64,000 nucleotides of DNA. Origin: an uncultured Candidatus Pelagibacter sp. (GTDB lineage Bacteria; Pseudomonadota; Alphaproteobacteria; Pelagibacterales; Pelagibacteraceae). The notes under the pieces are model-generated. The model was not told the DNA's origin. It saw only the letters and a program-made list of their open reading frames with translations, and did not search any database. The position numbers and the translations under genes are program-made. Position 1 is the stretch's first letter. Each line of letters opens with the position of its first letter. Below, piece after piece: positions 57,044 to 64,000 of the stretch. The stretch spans positions 14,994 through 78,993 of the forward strand of contig CAJQSX010000005.1 of NCBI GenBank assembly GCA_905616465.1, read 5' to 3'.

Positions 57044-58006
57044 ATGAAAAAAATTATTATTATTGGTGGTGGTGCTATGGGGTCAGCTTTTACAATCCCA
57101 TGTTTAGAGAATAATAATAACGTTACTATCACAGAACCTTATAGCAAGAGATTTATTAAAGATCTATCATCAAAAAATAAATTTCATTCAGCCTTAAACA
57201 TTAAGCTTCCAAAAAGATTAAAATTTAAAAAATTTTCTAAAGATTTATTTAAAGAAAAATTTGACCTAATCGTAATTGCTTTAAGCCTCTCAGGTATTGA
57301 TTTTATTGGTAAAGAACTAAAAAATTTAAAGATTAAAACTCCAATCTTAGTTCTTACAAAAGGATTAAAGTATGAAAAAAAAAGTAATAGAATTTTAACA
57401 ATTTCAGAGCAATTAAAAAAAAATTACAGTGGAATGAATATATCTGTTTTGAAAGGCCCTTGTTTAGCCAAGGAACTTGCTGAAAAAAATCATACAAGCG
57501 TAGTTATTGCTAATAAAAATATCAATGTTGCTAAATCGATTGGAAGAATAATTTCTACAAAATATTATATTACTGAATATTCTAAAGATATTATTGGTGT
57601 GGAGGTGTGTTCAGCTATAAAGAATATATATTCAATGATAATTGGAGCTGGCCAAAGTTTAAATGCATCATCCAATTTATTTCAAAAATCAATAATTGAG
57701 ATGAAATATTTAACTAAATATTTTAAAGGAAAAGATGAAACAACTTTGGGACTTGCTGGGATTGGGGATTTATATGTGAGCGCTGCTGGAGGAAGAAATA
57801 GTAAAATGGGCAGTTATTTAGGTAAAGGCTTTACATTTAAAGTAGCAAAAAAAAGATTTATGCCAAAAGATACTGTTGAAGGTGAGCAGCTTGCACGAGA
57901 AATTGCCCCGTTCATTCTTAAAAAAATTGATAAAAAAAAGATTCCTTTAATGAATAATTTATTAAGAACGATAATAAATAATAAAAAACTTAAAATTAAA
58001 GTTTAA
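57044..58006 (+). CDS. gpsA: NAD(P)H-dependent glycerol-3-phosphate dehydrogenase family protein (divergent)
   Basis: [44 protein letters not shown]. Likely start ATG 57044; ORF track gives 57011. Confidence 0.65.
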   Translation: MKKIIIIGGGAMGSAFTIPCLENNNNVTITEPYSKRFIKDLSSKNKFHSALNIKLPKRLKFKKFSKDLFKEKFDLIVIALSLSGIDFIGKELKNLKIKTPILVLTKGLKYEKKSNRILTISEQLKKNYSGMNISVLKGPCLAKELAEKNHTSVVIANKNINVAKSIGRIISTKYYITEYSKDIIGVEVCSAIKNIYSMIIGAGQSLNASSNLFQKSIIEMKYLTKYFKGKDETTLGLAGIGDLYVSAAGGRNSKMGSYLGKGFTFKVAKKRFMPKDTVEGEQLAREIAPFILKKIDKKKIPLMNNLLRTIINNKKLKIKV

Positions 58007-59688
58007 AATAAGCCCTCTATTTCACCTTTTTTATTAAGCTTAATAGAGTCTGCTGCTGGAACCCTTGGAAGACCTGGCATAGTCATCACGGCACCACACA
58101 CAACTACAATAAATTCTGCACCTGAAGAAAGTCTAATTTCTCTAATTGGTAGAGCGTGACCTGTTGGAGCTCCTTTGAGACTTGGGTCAGTAGAAAAACT
58201 ATATTGAGTTTTTGCAATACATATAGGTAATTCCCCAAAACCAGCATCTTCAAAGTTTTTTAATTGATCTCTAATTTTAGTGTCTGCAATAACCTCATCT
58301 GCTCTGTAAATCTCTTTTGCAATCGTTTCAATTTTTTTAAATAATGGAGTTTTGCTTTCATATAAAAATTTAAATTTAGACTCATTTTTTTCACATAAAT
58401 CAACAACATGAGTTGCTAGTTCTTTTGTTCCTTCACCGCCGTTTGCCCAGTGAGTACAAAGACTTGCCTTCACTCCCAATCCATCACAAAAATCTATTAA
58501 AGCTTTTACTTCTTTGTCGGTATCTTTAATGAAATGATTAACGGCTATTGCCAAAGGTAAGCCAAATTTTTTAATATTTTCTATATGTCTTTGGAGGTTA
58601 ACTAGTCCTTTTTTTAGCGCTTCAACATTTTCTTTTTTTAAATCATCCTTTGCTACACCACCGTGCATCTTGAGTGCTCTAACTGTTGCAACAATAACTA
58701 CACAACTTGGTTTTAAATTTGATTTTCTACATTTAATATTTAAAAATTTTTCTGCTCCTAGATCAGCACCAAAACCTGCCTCTGTTACAACATAATCAGC
58801 AAGCTTTAATCCAGCTTTAGTCGCAATTACAGAATTACATCCATGAGCAATATTAGCAAATGGTCCACCATGTATTATTGCAGGATTATTTTCTAATGTT
58901 TGAGTAATATTTGGTCTTATGGCATCTTTGAGCAAAACAGTCATTGGACCTTGCGCTTTTAAATCTTTTGCATAAATTGGTTTTTTCTCTCTTGTATAGG
59001 CAATTGTAATGTTACTAATTCTTTTTTCTAAATCTTCAAGATTATTTGCAAGACAGAAGATAGCCATAATTTCTGACGCAACTGTTATATCAAAACCGTC
59101 TTCTCTTGGAAAACCGTTAGCGACACCACCTAGATTAATATTTATTGACCTAAGAGCTCTATCATTCATGTCCAAAACTCTTTTCCAAACAATTCTTCTT
59201 ACATCTATGTTAAGTTTATTTCCCCAGTAAATATGGTTATCAATAAGAGCAGATAATAAATTGTGAGCAGAAGTTATTGCGTGAAAGTCTCCAGTAAAGT
59301 GTAAATTAATTTGTTCCATTGGAACAACTTGTGCATAACCACCTCCAGCAGCACCACCTTTCATTCCAAAAGAAGGACCCAAACTTGGTTCTCTTAAACA
59401 AACAATTGACTTTTTTCCTATTTTATTCAAACCATCATTCAGACCCACTGATGTTGTAGTCTTTCCCTCTCCTGCTGGAGTAGGTGTGATGGCGGTAACT
59501 AAGATCAGTTTTCCATCAGGCTTATCTTTCAAAGTATCTAAATATTCTAAGTTTACTTTAGCAATATGCCTGCCCATTGGACTAAAAGCGGTACTTTCAT
59601 TAGGCACATTGGCCTTAGCCAGTATATCGTTGATAGGTAGCATTTTTGCTTCCCTTGCTATTTGAATATCTGATTTTACCTCGCTCAT
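58003..59688 (-). CDS. fhs: Formate--tetrahydrofolate ligase
   Basis: [66 protein letters not shown]. Confidence 0.97.
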   Translation of the reverse strand: MSEVKSDIQIAREAKMLPINDILAKANVPNESTAFSPMGRHIAKVNLEYLDTLKDKPDGKLILVTAITPTPAGEGKTTTSVGLNDGLNKIGKKSIVCLREPSLGPSFGMKGGAAGGGYAQVVPMEQINLHFTGDFHAITSAHNLLSALIDNHIYWGNKLNIDVRRIVWKRVLDMNDRALRSININLGGVANGFPREDGFDITVASEIMAIFCLANNLEDLEKRISNITIAYTREKKPIYAKDLKAQGPMTVLLKDAIRPNITQTLENNPAIIHGGPFANIAHGCNSVIATKAGLKLADYVVTEAGFGADLGAEKFLNIKCRKSNLKPSCVVIVATVRALKMHGGVAKDDLKKENVEALKKGLVNLQRHIENIKKFGLPLAIAVNHFIKDTDKEVKALIDFCDGLGVKASLCTHWANGGEGTKELATHVVDLCEKNESKFKFLYESKTPLFKKIETIAKEIYRADEVIADTKIRDQLKNFEDAGFGELPICIAKTQYSFSTDPSLKGAPTGHALPIREIRLSSGAEFIVVVCGAVMTMPGLPRVPAADSIKLNKKGEIEGLF

Positions 59689-59814
59689 TAAAGATCCTTT
59701 ATAAAAATATTAAAATTGATGGATTAGTATCTCTTTTTGAAGACTTTGGAAATATCTAAAAATTATATATAAAAATAATATGAACTAATTATATTCATTA
59801 TTATAAAACTAATT

Positions 59815-61071
59815 ATGCAAAAATATTCAATATTTAATCTAATTAAAAATGCTTTTTCTAACCATGAAAATTGGGATTTAGCTTGGAAAGATCCAACTCC
59901 AAAAAAAGAATATGATGTCGTCATTATTGGTGGTGGAGGCCATGGTTTGGCTACTGCATATTATTTAGCAAAAGAGCACAATATTACTAATGTTGCCATC
60001 ATAGAAAAAGGTTGGATTGGTGGAGGTAATATTGGTCGTAACACAACAATTATTAGATCAAATTATATGCATGATGACAATGCATTGTTTAGTGAGTTTG
60101 GAATGGATCTGTGGAGAAGAATGAGTCAGGATTTGAATTACAATGTTATGTTTTCTCCTAGGGGAATTATTAACCTTGCGCATTCTGATGCGCAAATGAA
60201 TACTTATGCTAGACGGGGAAACTCAATGAGGTTGAATGGTATCGATGCAGAATTACTTAGTAGAGAACAGGTTAAAGAAATTATTCCAATGGCAGATTTT
60301 TCTGAAAATGTAAGATTTCCAATTTTTGGCGGACTTATGCAACCGAGTGCAGGAACAGCCAGACATGATGCTGTTGCGTGGGGTTATGCCAGACAAGCAG
60401 ATTCAATGGGAGTTGATATAATTCAAAATTGTGAGGTAACTGGCTTTGATATTTCTGGAGGCAAAGTAGAAGGTGTTCGAACCTCCCGAGGAAATATAAA
60501 AGTTAAAAAGATTGGTTTATGTGTGGCCGGTAGTACAAATATTTTAGCAGATAAACTTAATATCAATTTACCTGTTGAAACCCATCTGCTTCAAGCATGT
60601 GTTTCTGAACCAGTAAAACCAGTTCTTGATAGAGTGGTTACTTTTGGTGCAGGGCATTTTTATATAAGCCAGTCTGATAAAGGTGAAATGGTAATGGGTG
60701 GAGACCTAGATGGATATAATAGTTATGCTCAAAGAGGAAACCTACCAACACTGCAACATGTTTTGACAGAAGGAATAGCAATGATGCCTTTTTTAAGTAA
60801 ATTAAAAATGCTTAGAACATGGGGTGGTATAATGGACATGTCAATGGACGGTTCACCAATTATTGATAAAACTCATATTGAGGGATTATATTTAAACTGT
60901 GGATGGTGCTACGGTGGTTTTAAAGCAACTCCAGCATCAGGTTGGACTTTTGCTCATACTATTGCTCAAAACAGAGTTCATGAATTAAATGCAGGATATA
61001 GTTTAAATAGATTTCATACAGGTCACTTACTAGACGAAAAAGGACTTGGTACAAAAACTTGGATTTCATAA
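59815..61071 (+). CDS. soxB: Heterotetrameric sarcosine oxidase / N-methylglutamate dehydrogenase beta subunit (SoxB/MgdA)
   Basis: GGGGHGLATAYYLA, GGGN.GRNTTIIRSNY, GTARHDAVAWGYAR, GWCYGGFKATP. Confidence 0.92.
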   Translation: MQKYSIFNLIKNAFSNHENWDLAWKDPTPKKEYDVVIIGGGGHGLATAYYLAKEHNITNVAIIEKGWIGGGNIGRNTTIIRSNYMHDDNALFSEFGMDLWRRMSQDLNYNVMFSPRGIINLAHSDAQMNTYARRGNSMRLNGIDAELLSREQVKEIIPMADFSENVRFPIFGGLMQPSAGTARHDAVAWGYARQADSMGVDIIQNCEVTGFDISGGKVEGVRTSRGNIKVKKIGLCVAGSTNILADKLNINLPVETHLLQACVSEPVKPVLDRVVTFGAGHFYISQSDKGEMVMGGDLDGYNSYAQRGNLPTLQHVLTEGIAMMPFLSKLKMLRTWGGIMDMSMDGSPIIDKTHIEGLYLNCGWCYGGFKATPASGWTFAHTIAQNRVHELNAGYSLNRFHTGHLLDEKGLGTKTWIS

Positions 61072-61341
61072 ATGCTTCATATTAAATGTCCACACTGTGG
61101 AATGAGATCGCAAAATGAATTTTCTTATGGTGGTGATGCTAGTGTTAAAAGACCTGAGCTTAATAAAGAAATATCAGATCAAGATTGGGATAATTTTGTT
61201 TATTATAGAAAAAGTTTAAGAGGAAAACATTGGGAGCTATGGCAACATTTATCAGGTTGTCGACAATGGATAAAAGTTGAAAGAGATACAGCAACTCATG
61301 AAATTTTTAAAACACATAAAGCCAGTGAGGATATTTCTTAA
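61072..61341 (+). CDS. soxD: Sarcosine oxidase delta subunit (SoxD/MgdB)
   Basis: CPHCG.R..EF.YGG, E.WQH..GCRQW..V.RDT.THEI. Confidence 0.92.
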   Translation: MLHIKCPHCGMRSQNEFSYGGDASVKRPELNKEISDQDWDNFVYYRKSLRGKHWELWQHLSGCRQWIKVERDTATHEIFKTHKASEDIS

Positions 61342-64000
61342 TGACTCAAAGCTTTAGGTTAGAAAATGTTGGACTGATTAATAGAGATAAAAAGCTTTCA
61401 TTTAAATTTAATGGAAAAATATACTATGGCTATGAAGGGGATACACTTGCTTCTGCATTAATAGCTAATGGAATTCATCTAATTGGTAGAAGTTTTAAAT
61501 ACCATAGACCTAGAGGTTTTTTTGGTGCTGGAGTAGATGAACCATATGCAATCGTTCAATTATATAGAAATGGTGAAACTGAACCGAATACTAAAGCTAC
61601 AGAGCAAGAGCTTTTTGAAGGACTAGAAGCTACAAGTATAAATTGCTGGCCAAGTGTTAACTTTGATGTTGGTGCAATAAATAATTTTTTAAAAATATTT
61701 CTTCCAGCTGGATTTTATTACAAGACTTTTATGTGGCCTAAAAGTTTTTGGTACAAGGTTTATGAACCACTTATTAGAAAAGCAGCGGGACTTGGGGTTG
61801 CTTCTACAAAACATGATAAAGAAAGATATGAACACAAATATGAGTATTGTGATTTATTGATTGCTGGGTCTGGGCCATCTGGATTAGCAAGTGCATATGC
61901 GGCAGCAAAAAATGGAGCACGAGTTATTTTAGCTGAAGATAAAGCTAGATTTGGTGGAACACTTATTACTAGTGAAGTAAATATTGGAAATCAATCAGGC
62001 AAGGAATGGGCAGAAGGAATTATTGCTGAACTTAAAGAAATGCCTAATGTAACCATTAAAAATAGATCACAGGTTTTTGGTTACTATGATCATAATATGC
62101 TGGTGATGTCTGAAAGAATTAGTGATCATTTACCAAAAACGAAAAAGTTTCATCCAAAACAAAGACTTTGGTATATCAGGGCAAAAGAAGTTTTGATTTC
62201 CACAGGATCAATAGAAAGACCAATAGTTTTTGGTAACAATGATACACCAGGCGTAATGCTTTCATCAGCAGCAAAAGAATATCTTAAAGTTTATGGAGTA
62301 TTAGTTGGAAGAAATCCTTTAATATTTACTAACAATGATAGTGGTTATGAAACTGCAATTGAATTTAAAAAAAATGGTGTTGATTCAATTATTTTAGACA
62401 CAAGAAAAGATCCTCAATCTGAAATAGTTAATGAAGCCAAAAATTTGGGAATTGATATTAAATTTTCTTATGTAGTGGTAGCTGCTCAAGGTTATAAAAA
62501 AGTAAAATCAGCTGATATCGCAAAAATTTCAGATGATAAAGAGCAACTTGGAGCAATAAAAAATATTAAGTGTGACTGTATATGCGTTTCTGGTTTTTGG
62601 ACACCAACAATTCACCTAGCATCACAATCTGGAAATAAAATAAAATTTAATGAAGATATTGATGCATTTGTTCCAGGAAGGTCAAAACAAAATGAAAAAA
62701 CATTGGGTGCTGCAAATGGAATTTACACTTTAGAAGAAACATTGGAAAATTCTTTTGAAACTGGTCATGAATTATCAAAAAAAATTACAAATAATGATAA
62801 TAAAATTTCTCTTCCAAAAGTTATAGAAAAAAAATCAACAACACATGATAAATTTTGGTGTGTACCATTACCTCGGGGAAAAAATTATAAAAGATTTTTA
62901 GACTTTCAAAATGATGTTGCAGTTTCTGATGTGGAGATAGCACTTAAAGAAGGTTATCGATCGATTGAACATGTAAAAAGATACACTACTCTTGGTATGG
63001 CAACTGACCAAGGTAAAACAAGTAATCTTAATGGTTTACAGCTTGTTTCAAGTATAGAAAACAAAATTGTACCAGAAGTGGGACATACTACTTTTAGACC
63101 TCCATATACACCAGTTACAATAGGTGCAATTGTGGGAAGAGAAGTAGGAAAACATTCGAGACCAACAAGAAAATCACCAATACATTCTTGGCATGAAAAA
63201 AATAATGCAGTATTTGTTGATGCAGGAGTCTGGTTGAGACCAAGATATTACAAAAGAGGCAATGAAACATTATTTGAAGGCTCTAAACGAGAAGCAAGAA
63301 ATGTGAGAAAAAACGTCGGTGTCTGTGATGTTACCACTTTAGGTAAAATAGACATTAAAGGACCAGATGCAGCAGAGTTATTAAATAGAGTTTATACTAA
63401 TGCATGGTTAAAATTACCCGTTGGCAAAGCTAGGTATGGAGTCATGTTGAGAGAAGATGGAATTGTTATGGACGATGGAACAACCACGAGAATTTCTGAA
63501 AACCACTATCATATGACCACCACAACTGCCCAAGCAGCAAATGTACTTTCTCATTTAGAGTATTATCTACAATTAGTTTGGTCGGAATTAAATGTTAATG
63601 TAGTTTCAACAACAGAACAATGGGCTGGTGCCGCTATAGCAGGACCGAGATCTAGAGATTTGTTAAAAGAATTATTTCCAAAATGCGATGTATCTAATGA
63701 GGGGCTACCTTTTATGGGTTATATGGAAGGAGATTTATTTGGAGTAAAAGCAAGAATTTTTAGAATTTCATTTTCAGGTGAGCTAGCATACGAAATAAAT
63801 GTAGAATCTGATAACGCAAACTTTATGTGGAAAAAAATAATTGAAGTTGGTGAAAAATTTAAAATTCAACCTTATGGAACGGAAGCTTTATCAACTCTTA
63901 GAATTGAAATGGGACACGTAGCAGGTTCAGAGCTTGACGGTAGAACAATACCTTACGACAATTCTTTAGAAGGACTAGTAAGTAATAAAAAAGATTTTAT
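61341..64000 (+). CDS. soxA: Sarcosine oxidase alpha subunit (SoxA/MgdC), 3'-truncated by the window edge and absent from the ORF track
   Basis: ATG overlaps the soxD stop (TAATG). Reads MTQSFRL...GDTLASALIANG...GRSFKYHRPRG; later GFYYKTFMWP, GSGPSG, DFQNDV, KRYTTLGMATDQGK, RISFSGELAYE. Confidence 0.93.
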   Translation, partial: MTQSFRLENVGLINRDKKLSFKFNGKIYYGYEGDTLASALIANGIHLIGRSFKYHRPRGFFGAGVDEPYAIVQLYRNGETEPNTKATEQELFEGLEATSINCWPSVNFDVGAINNFLKIFLPAGFYYKTFMWPKSFWYKVYEPLIRKAAGLGVASTKHDKERYEHKYEYCDLLIAGSGPSGLASAYAAAKNGARVILAEDKARFGGTLITSEVNIGNQSGKEWAEGIIAELKEMPNVTIKNRSQVFGYYDHNMLVMSERISDHLPKTKKFHPKQRLWYIRAKEVLISTGSIERPIVFGNNDTPGVMLSSAAKEYLKVYGVLVGRNPLIFTNNDSGYETAIEFKKNGVDSIILDTRKDPQSEIVNEAKNLGIDIKFSYVVVAAQGYKKVKSADIAKISDDKEQLGAIKNIKCDCICVSGFWTPTIHLASQSGNKIKFNEDIDAFVPGRSKQNEKTLGAANGIYTLEETLENSFETGHELSKKITNNDNKISLPKVIEKKSTTHDKFWCVPLPRGKNYKRFLDFQNDVAVSDVEIALKEGYRSIEHVKRYTTLGMATDQGKTSNLNGLQLVSSIENKIVPEVGHTTFRPPYTPVTIGAIVGREVGKHSRPTRKSPIHSWHEKNNAVFVDAGVWLRPRYYKRGNETLFEGSKREARNVRKNVGVCDVTTLGKIDIKGPDAAELLNRVYTNAWLKLPVGKARYGVMLREDGIVMDDGTTTRISENHYHMTTTTAQAANVLSHLEYYLQLVWSELNVNVVSTTEQWAGAAIAGPRSRDLLKELFPKCDVSNEGLPFMGYMEGDLFGVKARIFRISFSGELAYEINVESDNANFMWKKIIEVGEKFKIQPYGTEALSTLRIEMGHVAGSELDGRTIPYDNSLEGLVSNKKDF

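Noticed and set aside
2309-59230. The many 60-181 aa ORFs in the track that lie antisense or out of frame inside longer genes (e.g. 3595-4062, 10429-10824, 21945-22490, 25555-25938, 35705-36163, 42166-42483)
   Set aside because: Nested in well-supported genes with no recognisable motifs; typical shadow ORFs.
59780-59798. ATGAA-N9-TTCAT inverted repeat upstream of soxB as a possible operator
   Set aside because: Only 5-bp AT-rich arms; not supportable without comparative data.
1-64000. tRNA, rRNA, IS elements, prophage, or frameshifted pseudogenes at the long poly-A/T tracts
   Set aside because: No such signatures seen; genes containing homopolymer runs keep full-length open frames.

Overview
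AT-rich (roughly 30% GC by eye), very gene-dense bacterial chromosome segment with tiny intergenic gaps and many TAATG stop/start overlaps. Gene content and style point to a SAR11/Pelagibacterales alphaproteobacterium (inference). 1-9.8 kb is housekeeping (alaS, icd, psd-pssA, rlmE, guaB/guaA, panB). 9.8-27.7 kb is an osmolyte and N-compound catabolic region: a four-gene operon resembling the trigonelline (tgn) pathway, divergent from eutA/doeA-like genes and a PotABCD-family ABC transporter, then a FadN-like enzyme, a ureohydrolase, an aldehyde dehydrogenase and argE. 27.7-35.7 kb is mostly core genes (csaA, lysE, acnA, yfgM-bamB, zapE, yjbQ). 35.7-64 kb is a contiguous methylated-amine/C1 island: gmaS, amt, mgsABC, a second GS-family ligase, an FAD oxidoreductase, tdm, tmoXWV, tmm, fhs and soxBDA (partial). 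Main highlights: (1) a DddK-type DMSP lyase 19 bp downstream of tmm on the same strand, a possible DMSP-to-DMS-to-DMSO module; (2) the tgn-like operon, with a divergent monooxygenase and a candidate structured leader; (3) no recognisable dimethylamine-oxidising enzyme, but orphan candidates sit at that point in the pathway; (4) an unannotated 50-aa membrane ORF coupled to gmaS. I saw no rRNA, tRNA, CRISPR array or mobile element. All homology calls come from motif recognition and recalled sequences; no searches were run.
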